Assembly (NCBI GenBank): GCA_008632985.1
Contig: QPGO01000040.1
Location: forward strand, 501,719 to 529,873
Direction of reading: 5' to 3'
Length of the DNA stretch: 28,155 bases
Source of the DNA: Psammoneis japonica
Lineage: Eukaryota
Shown here: positions 10,430-21,615 of the stretch, in pieces
Layout of the letters: each line of letters begins with the position of its first letter
Numbering within the stretch: the first letter of the stretch is position 1
Notes under the pieces: model-generated
The model's database searches: none
The model's input: the letters and a program-made list of their open reading frames with translations, nothing else
Told to the model about the DNA's origin: nothing
Made by a program: the position numbers and the translations under genes

Positions 10430-12860
10430 GCCCATGTCTGATCGCACTGCCTGCGTTTTTCTTTTTTGCCTGAGACGGTTCGCAGCGCGCTCCGGACAAG
10501 CGCACAGACCATCACCACGGTGAATGACTAACTCCATTCCATGCCATGCATTGCCAGCAGCCAATGGAAATTGAACGGAAGTTGCCGATGACGACAGTGG
10601 ACTTCATCGCGCAACTGTTTCCTGATGAACATCACCATTTCGAGTCCCATTGCAACAGCAGGCTTGTTGCACTGCCTCATGTGTGGGGGTGCGAAGGGGC
10701 CATCAGCGAAGTGGCAGCGAGCCAAGAAGTGTGCAAATGCGCCGCTCCAGCTGTTCGTGGTGTCACCACGTTGCATGCAGACAATGTGTCAACTCACCAT
10801 TTGCCAGATTTTGGGCACCTGCTGAGTCAAAGCTGGTGGAAATGCAAGAAAGGGTCAATGGGTGACTGATTTGTGGTGGTGTGAGACACGTTGCTCCTCA
10901 TCTTTTGGTGGAGAAAGCTCGATCGCAAGTCAGAGACCGCGTGAATGTCATGCAAATGTCGTTTTTGTGCACAATTTGGTCCACGTGTGGCTGGACACAT
11001 CAGGTTGGTTTTGTGTCAGAGCTGCCAGTGAGATGGAGAGGGAGCTGCTGTGGCGGTGTGATCTTCAAGAAAGCAAAGGATGTTGGCCCCAGATTTTCCT
11101 GTGTGCAGAGCAACAACTTGGATCCCAGAAATTTTTGAGGCTGCAGTGAAGCAACTCTGATGGCTCAGTCACTTTGATTTTGTTGATTTGGCAAGAGTCT
11201 GGTTGGAAAGAAAAAACACACAGGATGAAGTTTGCTCACAAGATTCTTGGTGTGTGATCAAAGAAAAAACACTTTCAAACAATGTCGACAGCATTGCATT
11301 GATGCCAAGATGCCAACATCCTGTGGGATGACAAAACCAAATGAGTTGAGCTTCCACACCTTGCTTTTGTCCAGTGCTCTGGATTGCTGACCTCAAAGAC
11401 ACAAATGTCAAATCTGAAAAGGAAAAAGAGTGAGTTGCTTGCAACAAGTTTTTGTGGGTTGCTTTGCCTTTGTGCAGCATTGAAGAAGTCAACCACAGTT
11501 GTCAGGAGGCCAGCCATGGAATGGAAAGCAGAACACAGCCATGAAATGGGTCGTGTTGATGTCATCATGATCCAATGTCTTGTTGGTGTTGAGAAAGGGT
11601 CAAAAACAAAAAAACAAACATTTTCATCACACCGCTGGTCATGAGTCTTGAATCCCACTTAACCCATTTGACTCAAAATTTTCGGAAGATTTGGCTGGAC
11701 TTTGATCTCCTGCTAGAGACACAACACAAATGCCCAAGGTGCGGGCATTTTTGGTCTCCAACACCTCAAATCAATGTCTTGTGAGATGGCAAAATCACAA
11801 GCATGCATTGTTTGTGGTGTTGCATGTTTGACAACAGAGCTGAGACTTTTCAAGGAGCTCCCTCATCACACATGGGAAAGCATGAGGGGCAAATTTCAGT
11901 GGCTCTGTGACCAGTGCAGCTCTCTGCATGTCACCCCAAAACGTTGCTGGGAATTTCTTGCATTGGCGTGATGCCAGTTGGCTGGAAATGTGTTTTGGCA
12001 AAACATGGGGGGGGGGTTGTGACCACATGCTGAAGCAAAGCATTGGGCCTCACAGCTGCAGAGCTGTCAGAGGAGACACCACGGTTTCACTCTAAAATTG
12101 AACCAGAGCATGAAGGGGGAGAGTTGCCAGCCAAAATGGGTGCGCTGTGCCAGCTGGCAGAGTTGAGCTTGAAAAATTGTGCAAATCTCCAGCAATTGCC
12201 TCCAGCAAACAGACAATTGACAAGACTCAAAGCAAGTGTAAAATCCCACAGATTGCTGTGGGCCAACCGAGTTGTTGCCTGATGAGATTCGACGAGTGGC
12301 AGCTCAAGGGCATTTTTGGGCTGGATGGCCATGTCAGTCGTCTTGAGTGGTTGCCTCACAGTGCTTGCACCAGCTCTTGTGTCTCAAAGTGTTGGGCTTG
12401 ACATCTCATGCAAAAGTCTCAAGGGGCTGCCAAATGATGTCTTCCTTTTGAGAAGTTTGAAATGTCTGATCTTGTCGAGTGTGGAGCTTCACATCTCCTG
12501 CCTTGTCGCTTGGCCACCGTCTGGAGCTGGTGGGGGGTAGATTTTGCATCAGTTGGAAGTCCTTCACCTTTCACACTGCAATGGTCTCACTAAAATTCAT
12601 GTTGAGATTGGTGTGCTTTCCAAGCTGAAAACTCTCTTGTGCTTGTGTGAAGTGTCGCACTGCACACGAGATTTCTTGCAAAACACGTTTCTGCTTGTGT
12701 GCCTGAGCATGCTGGGCTTTTGTTGTGGTCCCGAAGAGCTACCTCCTGCAATGCGATCACTTAAAAACCTGGAGGTCGTGCGGATGTGGAGCACTGTGCA
12801 CAATTGACTCAAATCAGCAAAGAGGCACTGTTGCTGCCAAGTCTCAAACTTCTCAGTCGA
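10430..12860. other. CpG/TpA-depleted hypermutated domain 1
   Basis: About 9 TpA seen in 2.4 kb; ORFs lack Tyr and are Cys/His-rich. Confidence 0.85.
12050..12860 (+). pseudogene. Degenerate, 3'-truncated LRR paralogue, copy B
   Basis: Fragments ELPAKMGALCQLAELSLKNCANLQQLPP, CKSLKGLPNDVF, HQLEVLHLSHCNGLTKIHVEIG and EELPPAMRSLKNLE align to 6204-7370, with frameshifts. Confidence 0.85.
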
Positions 12861-13133
12861 ACAGACGATCTGCGCGTTGAAGTCATGACGTCACACTAGC
12901 AACGCTCGGGACTGGAACTCGTGACCGATGAGACAGCAAACTTCGCGCGAAAAAACAGCTGAGCGCTTTTCGAAGCGGGACTTCAGCACTTCGCACTTCG
13001 CACAAGATTTCCAGATTGACATCATGATGTTGCATGCGCGTGATCACGTGATCACTCACAAATCTTGCACACCGCAAGCCGTAAGAACCAAGAAACCGAA
13101 CACAAAACAAAACCAGAGAGTATCCGAGAGAGA

Positions 13134-14254
13134 ATGTTTCACCTTCTAAATGCCGCTTTCCTCCTGCTAGTAAAAGACGCTTCGGGCTTTGTGGTGCCCA
13201 GCACCCGGGGAGGAGCCTACCGTCTCGCGGTGTCGCCTTTACCCGCCAAGTTCAACACTTGCCCTGATTTGACATTCAAAGACGATGATATCGTTCTCAA
13301 GAAGGTCGAAATTGAAAGAGAGTGGAACTACAAAGGCTTCCAGTCATACGACAAGATGGGCGTGGATCTCCTTGTCCCAGAAGGCAAAAAGGCCAAGGGT
13401 GTCGTCTTCTTCATGCATGGCTTCAGCCAATATCCCGAAGCCTACCGCAAGACGCTCAAGATCGTTTCGGACGCGGCGGATATAGCTGTTGTGGCCGTGG
13501 AGACGGGACTAACCGACAGGATTGCTCGTGATAAGGCTGGCACAAAAGGCTCGGAGAATGCCAAACAGTATTCCCTCCAACGTGCCGTCTCGCAAGATAC
13601 CGTTCAATGCATTCGCATGGCGTTGGATGGGGACGAGTGCTTCAAGCCTTACTTCGATAGGAATGTCCCCATGGCAGTCGCTGGGCACAGCATGGGCGGG
13701 GGGCTGTGTTTCACCGTAGCCGCTGAATTTTCAAACATTCGGCACCTTTTCGCAATGGCACCAGTCGCTGGTGTGGACGAGTTCAAACCCTCCGTTGCCC
13801 TCCAAGACAGGACGGTTCCAGATGCACTCCTCATGGCGGGTGGATGGACCTTATCGCAAGAGCATCAAAAGTGCAAGAGATTGCCGCACTCTCCAATGGC
13901 AACGCTCGTGACTCGGCATTGTATGCCAAGGTAGCTCGCGGTCTACACACTGGTTTCCAAGACAAGATTGTTCTCTTTGACGTGCGGCTAGGAAATCTCA
14001 TTGGCTTCGTGGCTCTCGCGCTTCTTGGCTTTATCGAATTCATTATTCTCCAGATCCTCTATCTGCTTCGTACCAAGACGGACCAGCTGGAAGCCACCGG
14101 TGAACTCATGTCGTACTTTTTCCAGCAAATGGTCTTACGAAAGCCGGTAACCATGGAAGAAGCCATGGACAGCGTGGAGGACGTGGCGAAAGAAGTCAGT
14201 TTTGACTACCCCAGTGGCACAGCACAGAAAGCCCCGGGTGCTTTGTTGATTTAA
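13134..14254 (+). CDS. Chlorophyllase-like alpha/beta hydrolase, probably plastid-targeted; -1 frameshift at ~13847
   Basis: Signal peptide plus ASG-F motif, FFMHGF, GHSMGG nucleophile elbow, AGGW-D-L (needs one extra G), GLHTGFQD and a hydrophobic C-terminal segment. Confidence 0.75.
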
Positions 14255-14256
14255 TA

Positions 14257-14402
14257 GACAGACACAGTGCCGAGAAAGAGCGAATGCAGCCGCCGCTACA
14301 CACATGCAGAGTGCAGAAAAGCATCGGGCCTCGGAAAGTGGCTCCATCTAACGAACGACAGAAACAGCACGGAGAATAGGCAAATGCAGCGGCTGCTGCT
14401 AG
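14257..14402. repeat. Diverged ~45-bp direct repeat with ~100-bp spacing, 3' of the hydrolase
   Basis: gacagacacagtgccgagaaagagcgaatgcagccgccgct vs gacagaaacagcacggagaataggcaaatgcagcggctgct. Confidence 0.5.
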
Positions 14403-15330
14403 ACTCAACAAAAAAAAAATCTGAGTTATAATACATAATTTATAATGCATGGTGATTGATGCGCTGGAAGTGCTGTCGACTTCGAAGGAGACGTTATTTG
14501 CGTGCATTCCTAGTCCACTATCCACGAGGCCTTCTGAAGATGCAGATAGCGGCCGCGACGTTTTTTGTAGGTTGTGCCGCAAGAAGTTAACAATCTCCGC
14601 TTCCTGCTTCATGTACTCGACTAGTTGAATGACTTATGCTGTTGTTTTACGTGATGAACGAATTCAACACGACGCGGAAATGCAAAATGGGGACTATAGT
14701 CTCGTATTCTCTACAGATTATGGCTGTCCACAGAACTTTTATCCCGAAGCTGTTCCCTGAAATACTTTGTGACTTCCTTTGTTTGCTCTGTAGTGAACTC
14801 TACCGATTCCGAGGCGAATCAATCTCAGGGGTGGATTGCTGTAACCATTTTTCACGATGGTGCAACAAGCTCGGAGAAAAAGCCACAAAAAGGAACTCGA
14901 TGTCCCATAGAAACCAAGCAGTTCACCATACCGTCGCATTTGACACGCTTTTATTGACCTAGTAGTCTATCACAAATCCCTTACCTTTCACGTCCAAGAA
15001 GTGATGGATTTGCGGTGGTCGTGACTGAGTCGTGAGTACTGAATGAAGATATTTTTAATGCTGTAGAAGTACATACAGATTCTTGGATAGAAGGACAGAC
15101 ACGTCTGAACGCTCGAGAAGAAAAAATCAAAAAAATGGAGATACGATGGTGGCGTCTCCATTACAGTAGACTGAATGTGAAGCACGTGGAAGTATTGCAC
15201 GTGCTGTTTGCATTTATTGGATAGAAGGGATAGGATAGAAAAATAAACAGGGGGGCTCATTCTTGGATTGTCAGCGACACTACGACGATACCAGCCTCAT
15301 TCACCTGCGAGGTGTAACTTCCTCAAAATC

Positions 15331-16928
15331 ATGTCTTCTGATGTTTCGAAACGCCGTCGACTAGAAGACTATAACTCTGCTGCAGCTGTCGATCCCCGAC
15401 TTGCCTTTGGAACCTTTCGAGGAAATACAATCTATCGAAATCGCCTTAATCCGGGAGAAGAGTTCAAGGACGGTCACGTTGCGATACAGAATCTCCTACC
15501 TCCCGCCTGCAGCTCGGCACTTTGTACGACATTTGTCGCTCCGGAAAAAGACTGGCTCGAACAAATCTTTGGTGACATTCCGGAACTCGCAGTGGTAGTC
15601 CATGATGGACGGCCCGACTCCGAGGCACGAATGATTGGAGATGCCCAACTCGTGGGAATTCCGAGACAACAACAAAGCCTTTCATCTTCACGGTGGTACT
15701 ATCTGCTGTGCAAACCTCATACGGGTGGCTGTCTACACAGCAAGCTACTGCTCTTTCGATGCAACTTGGGACTCCGTGTTGTCGTATGTGGAAGTAATCT
15801 CTTCCAGGGGCAGTGGGAAGTCGATCGAGACTGCTTGTGGGTACAAGACTTTCATTTAAATCGAGACAATCTTAGTTCGGAAGCATCGTGCTTTTGAAAA
15901 ACGCTACGGACCTTCTTGGACGATCTAACCTCCTGCGGAAGCGTATCCGACAACCGAATCATTCAGTCAAGACTAGATGCACTGCTGGCAGGTATAGACA
16001 TGACAACTGCTGCTGCGAGATTGGTCATGTCCTTTCCTCGTTCCGCTGGTTATGCTGGCTATGCTAATGATCGCGGTGGTTATAGTCAACTGGCATCCGT
16101 CGTCAGCAGTTTTCTTTGCGAATTGGGTGTCCATTCTGACTATGAGAGCTCTGACTGTGAGAGCGATGGTGATGGTCCTCATACTGCTGCTAGTATTGAG
16201 AAAGAGGAAGAGGGCGGAAAGCTCGTGTATGCCATGGCGGGATCGTTTGGGAATATCCGACCCGACTTTCTTCTGCAGATGCATCGAGCCTTTCAAGGGG
16301 AGAACACACCAGCACCAAGGAGCACGCCGTGGGAGAGTGTCTTGAAGAGCGTTCGTTGCATGTGGCCTAGCCATGAGACGGCCCTTACCATGAATTTGAT
16401 TTCTCTCATAAGTCGCACTCGCGCGATACCACAGTCACACTGGAATACAATCCCCGAAGCGGCCAAACGCCAAATTTCTTCGACTCACCTCCCAACCCAC
16501 CCGAGTATGGCTTATCCCATTTGGGTTGTCATGCCATTTCCCATGCCAAGGTTTTGTTTTCTCCCTGCAATCAAGGTGTCAGTATTGTCTACGTTGGTTC
16601 TCACAACTTCAGTGTGGCGGCGTGGGGCATACGCGGGGAAATGCCCAGGAATGTAGAGATTGGAGTCGTATTGGCCACAGCATGTGCGTCGACTCGCAGA
16701 GAGTGGCAGTGTCGTCTGCCATGCAGGCTTCCTCCTGTCTCTTCTACATCATCTGCAGACTGCATTCCCGCTTCGGCAAATCAAGATGCAGTGAAAGCTC
16801 TGGAAGAAGGACGGCCAGAGGAAGCGATTGAAATTGCCAAAACGTTTCTCCATAAGAAGGAAGAGAAGAAGGTAACGCCAAAGTCCAATGCACCCGCCAT
16901 TGTGATCGACTTGTGTGACTCGGACTAG
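15331..16928 (+). CDS. TDP1: Tyrosyl-DNA phosphodiesterase 1-like (PLD superfamily); in-frame TGA at 15895 and -1 frameshift at ~16475
   Basis: Two HxK...N motifs: LHSKLLLF...RVVVCGSNL and SHAKV...YVGSHNFSVAAWG...NVEIGVV; also WVQDF. Confidence 0.75.
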
Positions 16929-17939
16929 CTGAGGCTTTCCTCTAGACACACAGCACCATGTCATTCATAAAGCTTTCTACTCTAGACACACGCCTGTATT
17001 ATCACTGACAACAAAGGTTGCCACTGCTAATGAGCTTCCTCAGATGATTGGATGGTGGTGTTCTATGGATGCACATTAGGAAATGTGGCTGAATCGATAC
17101 AGTTGAAGCTGAGACCAAAAACTGTTTTTCAGTGATAAGTACTTGTAAACCTAAACCTGTGAATTCAACACTGCCATCACAGTAACACAAATGGCCTTTC
17201 TCAACAATAAAACTCGCAAACGTTGCGTTTCGGGTTTAGGGCTTTCTATTGTAGCCTTTGGAACAAGGACTCAGAACTGTGTCTTTGTAAATGGAGTGGC
17301 ACTCCATAAAAACATTCAGTTGTCTGCTTTGGCTTCAGAACAACCTGCAATCCACACCCTTGCATCTGGGCCTTTGGGTGTGGTGGCAGGGCAACTGGGA
17401 AAAAATGAGATGCCTTCCAGCCCTGGGTGGAAAGAAGTTGTCAAAAACAACCACACACCACCACCACACAACTTGCAAAAAACACATCATGTTGTTCCAT
17501 GTGGAACATGGTGGCCATGTCAAGAAGATTTTGAAGTTTGCTTTGAAATGAAATGTGGGTTTGAAGACACAACATTTGGAGCCAGCTGGAAATGGCTGCT
17601 GAGGTGCTGGGTCAGCTTCCATTGGAACATTTGGTGTGGAGCCCAGATTCCAAAGTCAATCTTTGGCATCACACACAGCTGGTCCACTGAGCCCAAGCTT
17701 CCCTGCAACTGCTGTTGCTGCAGCTGGTGCAACTGACTTTGTGGCGGGAGTTTAAAACCAACAGCTTGGGGGCACCCACCTGAGTCCCAGTGCTGTGCTG
17801 AGCTTCCCAAAGCTGTGGCTGAGCCCAGAACTGGGCCACTGGAAGCAAAAGAGTGGGTGGGGCAGAAGCTGGGCCATCTCAGCTCTGGCAAAGTGCCGCT
17901 GGCATTGAAACAACAAGAGGCTGCAACAACAACAGCTCA

Positions 17940-18480
17940 TTGACACTGGAGTTTGCTGCTGGCATTGCTCCAAAGTGCTCCTGCCCACCGGTGTGCAGCA
18001 GGCAGTTGCTCTCTCCTTGCACATGCTTTTCTTGTCCCCTTTGTTTCAATCAACTTCTCCTTGTCTCTCTGCATTGTTGCTGCTTCGTTTTTTTTTCTTT
18101 GGAGCCAAGAAGCTCTTGTGGTTGGTCCATGTCCATGACACAACTGGCTTTCATTCATTGAAAGCATGCAGTGTTTGATGAGGTGTGCACTTGGCTGGCC
18201 AAAAAGTGGCAAACTCTTTTTGTTCCTGGGTGGCCTGACTGTGAGATGGAAGTTTTGTTTTCTGAGAAAAGCCATTCCTCACAGAGGTGCATCACAGCAC
18301 TGAAACACACCATTTCTGCAAGATGAGTGGAGTTGTTGCAGTTGGCCTTTGGTTGCTTGCCATTGTGAGTGTGGCACCACCGGGAGTGATGCTTGCAACA
18401 CAAAATGATTTGTGAATGGCACTTGTTGTTCAAAAGCATCATCATGGTCAATCACTTTTTTTCTTGCAGCTTGTGCACAG
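17940..18480 (-). pseudogene. Hypermutated partial copy of gene X and its upstream region (5250-5845)
   Basis: Collinear nucleotide alignment; ORF remnants MAFLRKQNFHLTV...LFGQP and EKLIET. Confidence 0.85.
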
Positions 18481-18975
18481 CTTGTCATTTGTGTCATTGT
18501 GGCAGCCACACTCTCAGGCAACTCCAACATGAGAATCACACATGCCTTGCTGATGTGGTTGGTGTGGCAATTGCTCACCATTTTGCATGAAAATGACAGT
18601 GGATGGGAAATCTGAAAAGGCAACGGCAAGTGACAATCAGACACCACAAAGCTGCAAAGCACATTTGTCAAAGCTGCATGTTTCCAAGCAAAGTTCCAGA
18701 AGAGCCTTTTCCAGTCAAATGGGATTCTTGGGCACCACTCATCATTTTTCATTCAGTGAGGTGATTTCTCCTGAGGTGGGAAATTGTGGCTCCAATTTTG
18801 TGCAGAAAATTTGCAGAAAGGAAGGGACATTGCAAAGTCAATGAACAGACAACAGATCAACATCACAAACTGGCATTCAGAACTCATCTCTTGCACTGCA
18901 TGAGGGTGACAGCCAACTGGGTCATGACTCAAGTGAGTCATGTGTGTCAGCAAAACACACTCCAGTGGCATGTCG

Positions 18976-18999
18976 ACACACACACACACACACACACAC
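18976..18999. repeat. (AC)12 microsatellite
   Basis: Direct observation. Confidence 0.95.
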
Positions 19000-20069
19000 T
19001 GGAAAGAAATCAGGGCACCCAGACTGTGGAGGATCTGGCAGAATGCCAAAGGTTGATGATGACAACAACATGAAAGACTCCCCAAGCACTGGGACTGTGA
19101 CAACATGAGTGTCAGCAGAAGAGAACAAGAGGCAGATCTCAGAGAGATCTGCCGGCCCATCCAAGAGGTCTGGCCATCATCCACACACAGTCTGTCCATC
19201 ATGCAACAGGCAGACTGACGGGATCTCCTTGGATCTTCCTCCACTGACTTTTGTTTTGACCAGCAACAAGTCATCATCACTGTTCTGGCACATGTCAGAT
19301 TGTGGCACTTTTTCCCAATGGGCCCAGAACGCCCACTGTCCCAGAAATCACTGCAATGATGACATGTGCTGATGCAACCTCAGTGTCAATGCTTTGGACT
19401 TTGCTGGGGCGGGGGGCATGATGAGCCACCTCAGGACTCTTCTCCAGATGAAGCACTTCCAAAAGATGCCATCACACCCATGGACAACACCTTCAGCAGC
19501 TTTTGTGATCAGCTCACCCATCTTCAATTTCCCGTCCATGGACAATGACCACCACCTTCTCCATCACACCTGCATGGCACCTGTGTTCAAGATCAAGGCA
19601 GCACCAAACAAGGCCACAAAGTGACTGCATTTGGTCTGCACAGGGGATCATCTGTTTGACAGCTGCCCTGCTCTCAAGAACAACCCACACATCAAGGGCT
19701 TCCACACCCACTTTTGTCAGGTCTTGAAATGAGAGGCTGCAAAATGTGCACCTGCATTTGTTGGCAGCCCAAGAAGTTTGCCTGCTGGACAGAATGGGCA
19801 AACACTCGTGAAATCTGAGAACTCATTGTTGGATTTTCAACCAGGCTGTCACAGCCAGTTGTGGACACCTGCAATGCTGCCCACTCTCTCTTCACTCAGA
19901 CACCACAATGACAGCTGGGGGGCATTGAAGAGTGGTTGCCAGCTCCAACACCAACCAGTGCAAAACCTCTTTCTCCAGTTGACACTTCTGCATCCACCAC
20001 TCCTGCAACTTTGTTGACAACTTTCAACATCAATGTGTCAGCACCTGATGACACTTTTGTGCCACTGCA

Positions 20070-21232
20070 TGCCACACGTCAGCTCAGGGAGGGATCAAGA
20101 GCAGGGGAGGGCAGAGGAAACTGTCAAGCCCTTTTTGGAACCATCCCCACATTGGAGTGCTCAGATTGTGATGATGCTCTTGGCCTCACCACCATGTGTG
20201 CACTCAATTTCATGTCAGCAAGGTTGACGAAGCCTTTGCCACATGGCACAAAACCTGTTTTGGAGTTGACCTTGATTGGAACGTGGAGAGTTGCCTGTCA
20301 TGTGTGCACATCCAGGTCACCCTGAGGAGTCTGGAATTTTGACTGAGTGCAAAGCTCTTGTTCTCCAACACCACCCATGACAAGTGTGTCTGTGCATCCA
20401 CCCATGAGGGCAAGTGCACTCTCCTCCAGTGGCAAGTTGAAGACTTCTCAATCATGTGCTGTCCAGAGCATCTTCTTGGGCCATTGTTGTGTGCACATGT
20501 CATTTGTTGCCTTGGCGCTGGGGGCACACAATTGCAACACTCTCCAAGTTTGCCTTGTCACCTGCTCCAACTCAGTTTGCTGCTTTGGCAGACATTGCAA
20601 AGTGTCTTTGTTGCACCAAGTGTTGGGGTGTCAGCTGCAAGAAATCTTGGGAGGATCTTTTGCCACCTGCCTGTCTGTTTGAGCAGCTTGAGGTTGACCC
20701 ATCTTTGTCTGCTTTCCCTTCTGCAAAGTTGCTCATGCAGCTCATGGCTTTCTTGGATGCTGTTTGTGGCAATGACCTTCAGAACCACCAGTCCACTGCT
20801 GCAGGGCATGGATGCACTTTGGCAGGCACTGCAATCTCCTGCCATTGCAAGATGCAGCCAGCTGCTGTGGGTGACTCTGCTGAGGCTGATTTTGTGCCGC
20901 TGACACGCCACCACCAAGCATGTCCTGCATTCATGTTCAGTTCTTCAAGAGCTCTTTTTTCCCAGCCTGACCCCACTCCACTGTTTGTTGATGATGAGCT
21001 GCCTGTCATCAAGATCATCAGCAACCATGTTCCTGCTGAGCACTTGCAGCACCACACTGACACTCAGCAGATGTTGGCCACAATTCGGGGTTGGAAGGAA
21101 GATGGTCGGCACTCTGCCACAAGACACATCATTCCTGGCTGTGTCAGCGCAAGTGATGATCTTGCCAAGGCTCTTGGGTCGATGCTGAATCCCTGGTGCC
21201 ATGCTTGTTGCCTCATGGGACACTTCCATTGA
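20070..21232 (+). pseudogene. Copia RT/RNase H remnant
   Basis: FSNTTHDKCVC...LLQWQVEDFSI (YxDD-equivalent), ATLSKF, AFLDAVCGNDLQNHQST...AEADFV, QPDPTPLFVD, ASDDLAKALG, LMGH. Confidence 0.8.
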
Positions 21233-21615
21233 GACACAATGTCTCCATTTGTTTGGCATTTGGCACCTCCTGCTGCTGAACAGCACCTTGTGCATTTGTT
21301 TTGTTGTCCATTTGTTCTTTGGTCATCCAGCCTGCAATGTGTTTTTCACTGGTCAGCTCTGACTTTCCTGCTTTCCTTTTTGTTCTGTCTGTGATCTGTG
21401 CTGTCTCTGGTTTGGACATGCTGGATCAGGGAAGGGTGTCAGTTGACTGGCACTGCCACACATGGGTGACAGGAAATGACTTGTGTGGCACTGAGTCCAT
21501 GCAGAAAATGTGCAGAAAGGAGGGGGTGTTACAAAACTCAATGAACGGACCAACCTGACAAACAACCAGTGTTTGGAACTTGAATCTTGTGCACAATGAG
21601 CACGCAGCATGTTTG

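Larger units (their letters stand above)
18780..21615 (+). mobile_element. Degenerate Ty1/Copia (CoDi-like) LTR retrotransposon 1, internally deleted
   Basis: Direct repeats at ~18785-18905 and ~21480-21600; PPT-like agggaaggg followed by TGT at 21437; gag knuckle HLFDSCPALKNN at ~19648; pol remnants. The left boundary is approximate. Confidence 0.7.

Noticed and set aside
14440..14960. Minus-strand coding-like fragments
   Set aside because: Multiple stops and no recognisable motif
15895..15897. Selenocysteine or readthrough TGA
   Set aside because: Non-catalytic position, no SECIS recognised, and the gene has a second lesion
17003..17300. CACTG at 17003 as a CACTA-like transposon end
   Set aside because: No matching opposite terminus or TSD found
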